From the IMG/VR virus record IMGVR_UViG_3300034108_002091: a stretch of DNA of 64,000 bases. One strand, given 5' to 3'. Source of the DNA: an uncultured virus (IMG/VR IMGVR_UViG_3300034108_002091). Its lineage: Duplodnaviria; Heunggongvirae; Uroviricota; Caudoviricetes. The notes below the pieces were generated by a model, which did not search any database, had not been told where the DNA came from, and saw only the letters and a list, made by a program, of their open reading frames with translations. Positions 19,186-29,900 of this stretch are shown here, in pieces. Numbering within the stretch: the stretch's first letter is position 1; each line of letters opens with the position of its first letter. The position numbers and the translations under genes were made by a program.

Positions 19186-20112
19186 ATGAAATTTGTATCT
19201 GCTCAACCTGCATCCACATATTTTGCCTGGCAACTGGCAGTTCAACTCACGAACTTCCGTTCTGTAGGTATTGATCTTGCAGATTGCCATGTACTGCTTG
19301 CCAAACAGGGAGAGCTGCCAGATGAGATTATTCATTTGATTGGTTTGTATCCCGAGGTATCATTTTATATTGTCGAGGATCATCGTACAAGAAGATACTA
19401 CTCTCCCTCAGTTCGCTTTTTCTTACTCAATTATCTGCAGCGTGAAAATCCTGCTTTATTCCAGGGATCTGTGTTTTATCACGATTCCGATATTCTTTTT
19501 ATAAATCTTCCTGATTTCAAAACTCTTTGTTCCGATGATACTTGGTATGCTTCTGATACTAGATCATATCTAAATGCTAACTACATCAAAAGCAAAGGCG
19601 AAGGATTGTTGGAGAATATGGCTTCCATTGTAGGAGTAGATCCGTTGAAAGTGCTGTGCAATAACCAGCAAGCCGGTGGTGCACAATATCTGATTAAAAA
19701 TGTTCCTACTGGCTTTTTTGAGAAAATGGAGATTAAAAGTGAAAAGCTTTATTTCTTTCTCAAAGAAAGCCAAAAAGCGTATAGAATGCTTCATTACTTA
19801 ACTACTGGAAGAAAAGACTACCATCCTATTCAGGAATGGTGTGCAGATATGTGGGTATTGTTTTGGAGTGCATTGGCTAATAATATTCGCTTTGAGATAT
19901 CGGATGAACTGAGTTTTTGTTTTGCCACCGACAGGAAGGAAAAATTAGATTCTGTTAAGATATACCACGATGCAGGGGTGACGGATAAAACACCTCAGCT
20001 ATTCAAAAAGAGCGATTACAGAAATTTAGTACCTGATCATTCTATATCTACGGATAGCGAGTGTTGTTCTCAGTTTTACGTTGACGCTATAAAACAAGCA
20101 CCATGCCTTTAG
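19186..20112 (+). CDS. GT-A fold glycosyltransferase, resembling HPAT/SRGT (GT95/GT96)-like peptide O-glycosyltransferases
   Basis: N-terminal 'YFAWQ', 'YSPSVR', DxD motif 'YHDSDILF', 'GGAQY', 'WCADMW' and 'YHDAG'. Confidence 0.7.
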   Translation: MKFVSAQPASTYFAWQLAVQLTNFRSVGIDLADCHVLLAKQGELPDEIIHLIGLYPEVSFYIVEDHRTRRYYSPSVRFFLLNYLQRENPALFQGSVFYHDSDILFINLPDFKTLCSDDTWYASDTRSYLNANYIKSKGEGLLENMASIVGVDPLKVLCNNQQAGGAQYLIKNVPTGFFEKMEIKSEKLYFFLKESQKAYRMLHYLTTGRKDYHPIQEWCADMWVLFWSALANNIRFEISDELSFCFATDRKEKLDSVKIYHDAGVTDKTPQLFKKSDYRNLVPDHSISTDSECCSQFYVDAIKQAPCL

Positions 20113-20741
20113 TAAAAACATCCATACAGTTTAGCCCCGGAGTAAGTCATTACGAACTTTCATGGAAGTATGATAATACTGCGGCACCATTCAAATTTAT
20201 TGGCTTGTTTCCTGTTAATGGAACCAATGCTCAACCGACCGTTTTTGAGGTCGGCTTTCCTATGACTGTCCGTATACGGGTAGTTCCTATCTGCTGCGAT
20301 GGCTGTTTGGGAACACCGTATGAATTTACGATCGATGCTGTTACACCTACTACAGAACCGCCAACTACGCAGCCTCCCACAACACAACCACCAACCACGG
20401 AGCCTACAACAACTGAGCCTACAACAACAGACCCGGATGCTCCAACAACAACTACAGAACCACCATACGATTACACAGGGTACTACGCATCGCCTGAAGA
20501 GCAGTTTTTCAAGCCGCATCCCAGTGTTTACATATACTTGAAATTCAGAAGACCTTTGAATAAAGCCAATGACAGGGTAAGGGTTTTCTACCGATACATT
20601 GTGAACCAGAATGTGAGGGAAGGCTATTTCGATTGGATTGACAACACATCGTCTACAACGCTTGTGATTGCACCTGATCAGCCTGTGCAGACACCAAACG
20701 ATTTCAAATCACCATCTGTACAGCTGGTGACACTTATCTAA
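20103..20741 (+). CDS. Two beta-domain protein with a mucin-like Pro/Thr linker
   Basis: Central 'TPTTEPPTTQPPTTQPPTTEPTTTEPTTTDPDAPTTTTEPP'. Overlaps the glycosyltransferase stop codon. Confidence 0.7.
   Translation: MPLVKTSIQFSPGVSHYELSWKYDNTAAPFKFIGLFPVNGTNAQPTVFEVGFPMTVRIRVVPICCDGCLGTPYEFTIDAVTPTTEPPTTQPPTTQPPTTEPTTTEPTTTDPDAPTTTTEPPYDYTGYYASPEEQFFKPHPSVYIYLKFRRPLNKANDRVRVFYRYIVNQNVREGYFDWIDNTSSTTLVIAPDQPVQTPNDFKSPSVQLVTLI
20343..20466 (+). repeat. Degenerate 15-nt coding tandem repeat (PTT[EQD]P / TTT[ED]P pentapeptides)
   Basis: About 6-7 imperfect pentapeptide units with synonymous variation. Confidence 0.8.
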
Positions 20742-20777
20742 GCGCAGGGTAGTTTTTTTGGTTTTGCTATCCAGCCA

Positions 20778-20801
20778 CCTTCCTGGTTTCTACCAGGAGG
20801 G
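20778..20801 (+). terminator. Intergenic hairpin (terminator-like)
   Basis: CCTTCCTGGT-TTCT-ACCAGGAGGG stem-loop followed by an AT-rich tract. Confidence 0.5.
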
Positions 20802-20840
20802 TATATTATTAACTTTTGTTTTTTACATAATATTAACCGC

Positions 20841-22181
20841 ATGAAGTTTTTAGATCCTGTATCTCAAAGTATTGCTGACGAGTTAATTAAGAATCCTCCC
20901 AAGAACAGTCTTTCTGGATGTTATCAGGAATACATGGATAAATTCGGCGTAAAAAGAGATAAAGTCCGAGCGGTATACAAAAGACTGAAACAAAAAGGGC
21001 TGTTAAAAGATCATCGCCATAATCTTCCGGAAGGTGAAAAATTTGGAACCACTATGGAGGTCCGAGATAATCAGGCAGTTGTAAAGGGGTTTTGTCCCTT
21101 TCAGATTAAAACCCAGGAAGAACTGATTGAGCATTGCCAGATCGATACTACCAAGTGGAAAATCATTCAGTGGGAATGTTCTGCCTGGAATTCAATCCAT
21201 AAGGACAAACAAAAAAATGCGCATATTCATCAGCTGTACCGGGTGTACGTGAAGATGGTGCCTAATATTATCATTGGGGATCTGGCTCTTCAAAAAGAGG
21301 TACTGCTGGAAGAATTTTCCCAAAGTGCTCCCCGGGATTACAATGAACGGTTGGAGCATTATTATTCTATTCGAAACAAGTCCTTGCGTAGCAATCGGGA
21401 TCTTCTTTTTGAGCCGGCGATTTTTGACCTTCATGTTGGCAAGCTTGCCTGGAAAGAAGAGACAGGGGAAACGTACAATTCAGGGGAAGCGGTCAAAAGA
21501 TTCGTAACGGCCAATGAAGTATTGCTAGGAAGGGTGGATATAAACCGCATCGAGCGGATCCTGTTACCGCTAGGAAATGACATGGTGCACATTGATAACA
21601 AAGCCGGGATGACCGCCAATGGCACACCTCAGGATACAGATGGAAGGTACTACCAGATGATCAGAACAACCAAACACATGGTCATCGATACCATCGATAA
21701 GTTTTTGGATATTGCACCGGTAGACGTGATGATTATTCCTGGTAACCATGACTATACGACCATGTTCAACATTGGGGAAATACTGGACGCATGGTACCGA
21801 AATACCAACATGGTAAACATTTTCAATGCACCAACGCAAAGAAAATTTTATCAGTACGGCAAAGTGGGATTGATGTTCACCCATGGTGATGAAGAAAAAA
21901 TTGCGGACCTGCCTCAGATTTTTGCCAACAGCAATAAAAAGCTATGGTATGAGACTGAGTTCCGCCAAATTCAGTTGGGGCATTTTCATAAGCGCAAACA
22001 GATTCAATACCTTACTATGGACTCATTCCCTGGTGTTGAAGTGAAGATTATGTCTTCGCTTTCCGGCACTGATGCTTACCATGCCCGAAAAGGTTATAGT
22101 TCACCCAAAAAAGCGGAAGCACTGATGTTCCACAAGGATGAAGGTCAAGTAGGTGAATTCTTCTATAACATGAGTTCGTAA
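20841..22181 (+). CDS. Calcineurin-like metallophosphoesterase with N-terminal extension
   Basis: Motifs DLHVG, GND, PGNHD, THGD and GHFH in canonical order. Confidence 0.85.
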   Translation: MKFLDPVSQSIADELIKNPPKNSLSGCYQEYMDKFGVKRDKVRAVYKRLKQKGLLKDHRHNLPEGEKFGTTMEVRDNQAVVKGFCPFQIKTQEELIEHCQIDTTKWKIIQWECSAWNSIHKDKQKNAHIHQLYRVYVKMVPNIIIGDLALQKEVLLEEFSQSAPRDYNERLEHYYSIRNKSLRSNRDLLFEPAIFDLHVGKLAWKEETGETYNSGEAVKRFVTANEVLLGRVDINRIERILLPLGNDMVHIDNKAGMTANGTPQDTDGRYYQMIRTTKHMVIDTIDKFLDIAPVDVMIIPGNHDYTTMFNIGEILDAWYRNTNMVNIFNAPTQRKFYQYGKVGLMFTHGDEEKIADLPQIFANSNKKLWYETEFRQIQLGHFHKRKQIQYLTMDSFPGVEVKIMSSLSGTDAYHARKGYSSPKKAEALMFHKDEGQVGEFFYNMSS

Positions 22182-22253
22182 TTCACGAAAACTCATGATA
22201 TAAAATACCAATGCGTTATATTTTCTAATTTTGTTACTTCCAATATATCCTGT

Positions 22254-25200
22254 ATGAAAAAACTATTGTTCTTTTTGGCATTGCTTGCCACTATTAGTGT
22301 GAAAGCACAAACGCCGCCTCCAAAAGCGGACATCCTCAACTACATCAATCAGGTAATTAAGAATAATCCTGAAGTATTGATTCGTGGTAATGTAATGAAT
22401 CGTATCCTTAAAGAGTTACTAAATTACCCGGTCGATACAATCTGGATCAGCGGAGATACGCTTAAGTATCGTCAAAACGGATTGTTATTCAATCGACTTC
22501 TTCCTGCGGTTTCCGGAGGGGGTGGTACATTTGAAGGTGTTCCTTTATCAATTCGGAATACAGGCCAGGGAACGCGTGTAGGATCTCTCAATCTTACTGC
22601 AGACACGTTGTCATTGAAACGAATGATAGGCGCTAATGGTATATCGGTTTCTGTATTATCCGATTCAACAATTCGTATAGGCGGGGATTCCTTACAAAGA
22701 ATGCTAGAGTTCGCGGAAGAAGGCTCTGTTCTAGGAACAAGCGGTACTGCTACGAGATTAAACTTTACAGGGCCTGGCGTTACTGCCAGCCGTTCTGGTA
22801 ATACAATAGATGTATCAATTACTGGCGGTGGCGGTGGCGGCAGTGGTGACGGAAATAACTATCCCACATCCCTCAATTTATCCGAGGGCGTATTAACCTT
22901 AAACCGAGATGGTCTTTCTCCAATAACCACACCTATTACAACTACAGATGTTATTGAAGGAAACAATCAATATTTTACAGTAGCAAGAGGTAGGGGTGTA
23001 TTTTTTGCTCGTCCGCCTATAGTGTATTCTCAAAATCTTGGTGCAATTAGCATTGATACAAACATTGTTGCTACTCAACACTACGTAAATAATTTGCGAC
23101 CTGTTCAATTTACTTTTGACTCAGCAAGCAAAACGATAAATTTAGCACTAGCAAATGAAACTATTCTTTCGACAGCTCTTAACTTGGCTGGTGATAATTG
23201 GGGAACTCAGGTAGTACAAAAAGATATTACTCTTTTAGGTAATGGCACAGTCGCTAGTCCTTTACGTATAGATACTTCAAAAGTTATTACTCCACATCAA
23301 CTTGAAATACGACTTGGTGATGATGTAGGTGTAGCGGATACTCTTTTGTTTTTTCGTATTCCGGGAATTGATTCTTTGTACATTCAGATTAATGACGAAG
23401 AATCTCTTGGTGTTTACGATTCAAGTGGGAATAGCATAACTATTCAGGATGAATCAACAGATATTGGGTCTGTAAATAAAATCAACTTTGTTGGTGCTGG
23501 CGTAGTAACCAGCGTAGCAAACGGGATTGCAACAGTTCAAATAGCCAATGGCGGCGGTGGTGTAGAAACAGCCGATGGAAATAACTATCCTGTTTCGATT
23601 AGTATTATCAACGGTGTTGCCACAATTGGTAGGTTTGGGATGTCAGACATTAGTTATTCTTTTTCTACTACAGATATTCCAGAAGGTGTTAATCAATACT
23701 TTAGTAATAGTCGGGCAAGATCTGCGTTATCGGTCACAACGGGTTTAACATATAATGTAGGGGCTGGGCAATTTGGCTTAGATACAAACTTCGTAAAAAC
23801 ACTTATTTCTACTGACAAAAGGCTATCGTCAATTACTGCAGCTACTGCCTTGAACACAATAAACAATGGAAACTTCGCGCAAACATGGAATTGGACAGGG
23901 CAAAACTCCGGCACTTCTTTAGCCCTCAGCTCTACAGGCAATACAGGTATATTTTCTGAGAACGCTACTTTAAAGGTTACAAACAGTGCAACGAACTCAG
24001 CAGGAAACGCTGAAAACTTTACGGCGGTTTTTGATAACACAGGAGTTCCAGGAGGTAGTGGAGGCAGTTCTTTAAAAACAGGGGTAGCTATAAACGTATA
24101 CGGTAACAACTTTAATAGTGGTGGTGAAAATAAAGGCTTAAATATTTCATCAAGCGGAGGCCAGAATACTAAAGGTATCTATGTATCTAGTTTAGGTACA
24201 GCAGGAAGTAGCCAGTTATCAAGAGCTATTGATGCTTCTGCAGGCAATGCAAATATCAATACGGGCGTACTTACAACTGCATTTAGTTCTGCAACTGCTA
24301 CTAATTACGGCGTATACTCAACGGCAAATGGTAATGCCACTTCTACCAATTATGCCTATTTTGGAAGCGTTGCTTCTGTAGGAGCTAACAACTACGCAGC
24401 ATATTTGTCAGCGAGAAATAGTACAAATAACTATGCTCTCTATACAGATAGTGGTTTGGTAAGAATTGGATATTTAACTGGTGCAGGCGCAAGAAATGTA
24501 AAAGTAAATGCCAGAGGAGAATTATATGCTTCGGATACGGCAAGCACCGGAACTGTAACGGTATCAAATTTGGGATCTACAGGAGGAAGAGTATTTGCTC
24601 AAAAAATAGGTGATGTTTTTGAACTTCGTAGAATTCAATCAGGAACAAACATTACTGTAGTTGAAACACCAGAAGGAATTGTAATCAATGCTCCAAGTGG
24701 ATCCGTATACACTTCAAATAATGGTATTACCGCAGCAGGTAATAATTTCCAATTAGGGGGTTCTTTAACTCAAAATACTTCCTTGTTAGGTGCTGGATAT
24801 TCTTTTTCTCTTTCTAATGTAAATAGTTTGCTTTTGGGCTCTTCCGGAAGTATCACACTGTCTGCCAGCTCTGGAGTACCAGAAGCTAAAATACTCTTGG
24901 GTAGCACCCAGTTGTTGTTGAACAGGCAGTACACTACCAACAGCACTATTGAAACAGCACTGTCTATTGGCAGGTCTTCTTCAGGAATAGCGGCTACAGG
25001 CATAGGTGGTAAAATACAATTAGGTGTTGAAACGTCAGATGTTTCATATGTTGAAGCGGGTAGTATTCAGTATAGCTTTACAAACGTCACTGCTGGTGCA
25101 AGAACATCCAATCTGGATTTCTACATCAAAAACAACAACGCCGACGAGCTGGGATTAAGAATCAACGGTAATAAAAATATTACCATACCTGGCTATGTGT

Positions 25201-26630
25201 CTGCCCGGGAAGATGGTCCTACCTCTAAAGCGCTGTATGTAGACAATTCTGGGAATATTCAATATGGTACTATTACAGGAGGTGGCGGATCTGATGGCAA
25301 CAACTATCCTACATCGTTGACTGTAAACGCTGGGTTACTGACTATTGGCAGAAGTGGCTTGAGTGATTTGGTCGCTACACTATCGACGAACCATGTCACA
25401 GAAAACACGAATTTATATTTTACAGATGCCAGGGCAAGAAATGCAATATCTGGTGGCCCTGGAATTTTATATAATCCGACAACAGGCCAGATTCAAAATA
25501 GCAACCCTGATCAGATTGTTACTATTACAGCTGGGGCTAACGTTACCGTAACAGGTAGCTATCCTAACTTTACCGTTGCAGCGGCAAGCGGATCATCAGT
25601 ATCTGCAGGGAATGGATTGACATTATCTGCGGGAACTGTATTGCTTGGCGGAGCATTATCACAAGCCAATACTACAATTACAGGAACGACAGGCCAGAAT
25701 TTAGTTATTTCCGGTGTAGGAAATCTTCATTTTTCCGGTAACAACGTTTCGCTGGAGAATAATGGTGGTACTGCAGGGTATAATATTGTTTCCGGGGTCA
25801 ATGAAATATTTGCCATGGGTGGAAACAATACGGTAAACAGCGTATTGCGTATTTCTTCTGAGACATCCGGAGTATTTGGCGCAACCGGCATGGGTGGTTC
25901 TTTGGATTATCTTTTGCCAAATACAGGAGGTACCCTACTTTCTGCAGGTAAATTAATTACCAGGTGGAATAATGCGGGAGCAGAAAGTTCCTCTTTTGAT
26001 TTGCAACTTTTGAACGGCGGGATTTCTACCACAAGATTCAGCGTTTCCAGTCTTGGCAATGTGACCATTTCTGGTTACCCTAATACTCGAAACGATGGAA
26101 GTACTACTTCTGCATTGTATGTTGACGCAACAGGTAACGTTAAGCATGGACCAATATCGGTCGCCAATGGTGTTTATACAGAAAGAACACTGATAGGAAC
26201 TGCTACGTTCTGGAATGCCGCCTTAGACATCAGCGATGGAAATATCATCCGGAATGCTTTAAAAGTAGGCGATGGTTCAGATGCAACAAAAAGAACCATT
26301 ACGCTAAACACTGTATTTTTTGTTCCTGTTACCAGTTTTGGAGGAGTGAGTAACTGGGTGCAATGCGGATTGATCACTGACGCTACTTTTAGGCCTACCC
26401 ATACTATCCATTTCAGAGGAAGTAGTGTAATTGATGCAACAAAATATAAAAACTCAGGAAATACCAATTTCACCGGTACAGCAAGCTATGGCGATGTAAA
26501 CCTGCGGATTGATAGAAATGGTCAAATTTTTGTTTACATAAGCTCTATAAATACGCATGCCCAACTATCTGGAAGCAATATTATTATGGTTCCTATCAAT
26601 GTAACCTATTTCACAAGTGCTTCAGATTGA
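22254..26630 (+). CDS. Large fibre-like repeat protein with Sec signal peptide (1458 aa)
   Basis: N-terminal MKKLLFFLALLATISVKA|Q. Gly/Ser/Thr/Asn-rich, with three 'DGNNYP...T..v.E..NqYFt..RaR' fibre repeats. Confidence 0.7.
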   Translation: MKKLLFFLALLATISVKAQTPPPKADILNYINQVIKNNPEVLIRGNVMNRILKELLNYPVDTIWISGDTLKYRQNGLLFNRLLPAVSGGGGTFEGVPLSIRNTGQGTRVGSLNLTADTLSLKRMIGANGISVSVLSDSTIRIGGDSLQRMLEFAEEGSVLGTSGTATRLNFTGPGVTASRSGNTIDVSITGGGGGGSGDGNNYPTSLNLSEGVLTLNRDGLSPITTPITTTDVIEGNNQYFTVARGRGVFFARPPIVYSQNLGAISIDTNIVATQHYVNNLRPVQFTFDSASKTINLALANETILSTALNLAGDNWGTQVVQKDITLLGNGTVASPLRIDTSKVITPHQLEIRLGDDVGVADTLLFFRIPGIDSLYIQINDEESLGVYDSSGNSITIQDESTDIGSVNKINFVGAGVVTSVANGIATVQIANGGGGVETADGNNYPVSISIINGVATIGRFGMSDISYSFSTTDIPEGVNQYFSNSRARSALSVTTGLTYNVGAGQFGLDTNFVKTLISTDKRLSSITAATALNTINNGNFAQTWNWTGQNSGTSLALSSTGNTGIFSENATLKVTNSATNSAGNAENFTAVFDNTGVPGGSGGSSLKTGVAINVYGNNFNSGGENKGLNISSSGGQNTKGIYVSSLGTAGSSQLSRAIDASAGNANINTGVLTTAFSSATATNYGVYSTANGNATSTNYAYFGSVASVGANNYAAYLSARNSTNNYALYTDSGLVRIGYLTGAGARNVKVNARGELYASDTASTGTVTVSNLGSTGGRVFAQKIGDVFELRRIQSGTNITVVETPEGIVINAPSGSVYTSNNGITAAGNNFQLGGSLTQNTSLLGAGYSFSLSNVNSLLLGSSGSITLSASSGVPEAKILLGSTQLLLNRQYTTNSTIETALSIGRSSSGIAATGIGGKIQLGVETSDVSYVEAGSIQYSFTNVTAGARTSNLDFYIKNNNADELGLRINGNKNITIPGYVSAREDGPTSKALYVDNSGNIQYGTITGGGGSDGNNYPTSLTVNAGLLTIGRSGLSDLVATLSTNHVTENTNLYFTDARARNAISGGPGILYNPTTGQIQNSNPDQIVTITAGANVTVTGSYPNFTVAAASGSSVSAGNGLTLSAGTVLLGGALSQANTTITGTTGQNLVISGVGNLHFSGNNVSLENNGGTAGYNIVSGVNEIFAMGGNNTVNSVLRISSETSGVFGATGMGGSLDYLLPNTGGTLLSAGKLITRWNNAGAESSSFDLQLLNGGISTTRFSVSSLGNVTISGYPNTRNDGSTTSALYVDATGNVKHGPISVANGVYTERTLIGTATFWNAALDISDGNIIRNALKVGDGSDATKRTITLNTVFFVPVTSFGGVSNWVQCGLITDATFRPTHTIHFRGSSVIDATKYKNSGNTNFTGTASYGDVNLRIDRNGQIFVYISSINTHAQLSGSNIIMVPINVTYFTSASD
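22848..25450 (+). repeat. Three dispersed internal protein repeats (GGG-DGNNYP ... EGxNxYFxxARxR)
   Basis: Copies begin at about 22848, 23574 and 25293. Confidence 0.8.
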
Positions 26631-26664
26631 TTGTATTAGTTATATTTGTCCTTAAAATCATTTT

Positions 26665-26889
26665 ATGAAACTAAAATTTGCGTTCCTTATTCTAGGTCTA
26701 GGTCTTTTTTCAATGATGGCTTTTAGCCCAAAACAAGATAAACAAGTTACTCTTCAGCTATCGGTTCAGGAAGTTGAATATGTACTTGGAGCATTGCAAG
26801 AAAAACCAATGAAAGAAGTTAGTGGGCTAGTGACCAAAATTTACACTCAGGCACAAAAGCAGTTGAGTGACACGACTAAGAAAAAATAA
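26665..26889 (+). CDS. Small helical protein with N-terminal signal/TM segment
   Basis: Hydrophobic N-terminus followed by 'LQLSVQEVEYVLGALQEKP..EV..LVTKI..QAQ.QL'. Confidence 0.65.
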   Translation: MKLKFAFLILGLGLFSMMAFSPKQDKQVTLQLSVQEVEYVLGALQEKPMKEVSGLVTKIYTQAQKQLSDTTKKK

Positions 26890-26907
26890 CCTTTAATCCG
26901 TACCCCA

Positions 26908-29900
26908 ATGAAATCCTTTTTTTTATTCTTAACCGCGTTATTGTTATCATTTACAATAACTGCTCAAAGCTGGACCGCAAAGCCTGGTTTTACCATGGGT
27001 GTAGGTGTAGGAGGCTATTACGAATGGCTTCCTGCTACCTACAATGGCACAAATAAGCTTCCGGTAATTATTGCATTTCACGGTGCAGGCGAGCAAGGAA
27101 ATGGTACTTCTCAGTTAGTAAATCTGTTAAACAGCAGTATACCACAACAGATTAATAATGGAGGATCGCCGACCTATCCTTATGAAGCAATTGTGATCTG
27201 CCCTCAGTACTCTGGATGGATTGGAGGGTTTACAATTACAAATGTAATCAACTACGTACGAGCAAATTATTCGGTAGATACAAACCGTATCCATCTTACA
27301 GGCTTATCGATGGGTGGTGGGGTTATTATGGATTTTGGAGAACAAGGGGATCTATATAAAGTAGCAACCATTGTTCCTGTTTGTCCAGCTTCCGGATATG
27401 CTTCTGCTTTTGCGGCAAGATTAGCATACTACAATCGACTATATTATTTATTTCATGCAACAGACGACGATGTTGTTCCATATTCATATTCTACAAGCTG
27501 GGTTAATGGATTGAATACGTTAGGGATAAGTCCACCTGCTCAGTTGTATACGTTTCCTTCAACAAATTATCCTACCATTTCAGGTCATAATATTTGGTCT
27601 ACTGTTTATGATTATGGATTTATTGCAGCTCCAGGAATAAACATTCACCAATGGATGTTGATGCGAAAGAAATCAGGTACGTCTGTAGTGACTATTCAAT
27701 TTCCTGTGGCAAATGCTGGTAATGATCAGGTTATAAATCTCCCAACAAATACCATAAATCTGACAGGCTCTGCAACAGATGCCGATGGTACTATCTCATC
27801 CTATCGCTGGGAGAAAGTAGCAGGTCCTGCCGGAGGTACTATCACTTCTCCTAACTCATCCAGTACGTCCGTAACCAGTCTTCAGCAAGGTACATATAGG
27901 TACCAGCTTAGGGCAATGGACAATGAGTTTAATATCAACATCGATGAAATAGAAGTTGTGGTTAATGCTTCAGGTAATGCGACACCGATCGTAAATGCTG
28001 GTGATGATTTTACTATTGTTCTGCCTTCAAACAGCACTTCACTAACTGCAACAGCATCAGATCCTGACGGAACAATTGCGTCTTATTCATGGGTAAAAAT
28101 TATTGGTCCGACAGGTGGTTTGATTACTTCTCCTTCCGCGGGAACGACAGGAATAACAGGATTGACACAAGGATCATATACCTATCGAGTTACAGTAACG
28201 GATAACTTAGGAGCAACAGCTACTGATGAAGTCCAAGTGAATGTTATCCCAGGATCAAATATTCCTCCCGTTGCTAATGCAGGTACTGATCAAACATTAA
28301 GTCTTCCATTGACACAGTTTACTTTAACAGGGTCTGGAACAGATGTAGACGGAACTGTAGGTGGATATTTGTGGACTAAAATATCTGGTCCAGCCGGCGG
28401 CGTTATTAGTTCACCTACGTCAGCAACAACGCTAATAACTTCTCCAAACGTTGGCGTTTATACGTATAGACTACAGGTTACTGATAATGGAAATGCTACT
28501 TCTACAGATGATGTTCAAATAACCATTAATCCTGGAACAGGGGCAACGTATAAAATACCTGTTTTACGAGACAACATATACAACCTCAACGCTTTAGTGA
28601 TGAAAGATGCCTGGCGACTATTTGATGGCAATCTTTCAACAAAAATAGACGCCGTTGCTGATTCTTTTGATGTTAGAAGTTTTCCTTATTCTACGTTTGT
28701 TGCTTTGGATTCAATCTATAACCTCTCAACAGTACGGTATAGAGTAGGAATTTCTTATGGTGGACACAAGCTAAGTCTTCAGTTTTATGACAATTCATTT
28801 ACTGCCATTGGAGATACTGTGTTGATGAATATTGCTGGAAACAACTTGTGGTATACTCTTTCTGTAAACAGAGCCAATATCAGATATGTAGAGGTAAGAG
28901 GATGGACAAATGGAGATGTCAATGATAACCTGATGGAGGTTGAACTTATAGGTACCGCTGCCAGTGCTGCTGCATCTATTACCCCTTCTTTTGTTACAAT
29001 CAATAGTGTTTCTGATCACGGTGTATACGGAAATGGTATAAACACATGGGGAGAAAGGCTCTATAGAATCACATCTGCGGGAGATACTATTTTACCACGA
29101 TTAGGTAAAAGTGCAAGGATAATGTATGCGGGTTCTGACTTTGATATTTTTAGTCAAACGTATAACAGTCGTCTTATAAACGGACCTTTCAACTTGGGAC
29201 GATATGGGTTTAACCATTTGGGAAATGCCCTTTCTAATTTGTCTCGATGGGGAATGACTAGTGTTATTGGTAAAACAGGAGGCTCTATTAAATGGCTCGG
29301 GGCTGGTGCAGCAAATAACAACAATAACTCTTTAAGATCTTTCACAGATGCGCAATACAGACAGTATATTGAAACTACTGCAAACCCTGTAATTGATACT
29401 TCCTGGAATGGGTTGGCCGAACAGTTTTATACGATGATTGCCTTATACGGATCTAATGCTGTTGCAAATATTACCGGCAAAGTTATTTTGAATGGTAGTA
29501 CAACACTAGGTCAAAATACTGCTGGCATCTTTGAATGGAACAACGACCATAACCTTTGGTGGAATTCCAACTATTACATTTCACCGGAAGCCTACTACAT
29601 AGGTATGAAAAATATCTACACCAGAGGTAAGCAAGCGGATCCGAATGCAAAAATTTATGCCCCTGCAGTATTTGGTGCAGATACTTTATTCTGGAAAGCG
29701 GTATACTTCCATCATTACCGACTAAGCGGTTTGACTAGTGTACCCTTTGATGGAATTATGTTCAACTCGTATCTAAATGATTCCAGAGGGATAAGCCATT
29801 ATGGTACTGTAGGTCTTTCTCCAGAACAGTACAATCTTACAACCAGGCTTCAGGAACTGAAGACATTCATGAATCGATTCTTTCCAAATAAACCTGTTAT

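Noticed and set aside
20343..20466. Possible CRISPR array or DGR template/variable repeat
   Set aside because: The repeats are in-frame coding with synonymous variation and no spacers. No reverse transcriptase or adenine-specific repeat pair was seen in the window.
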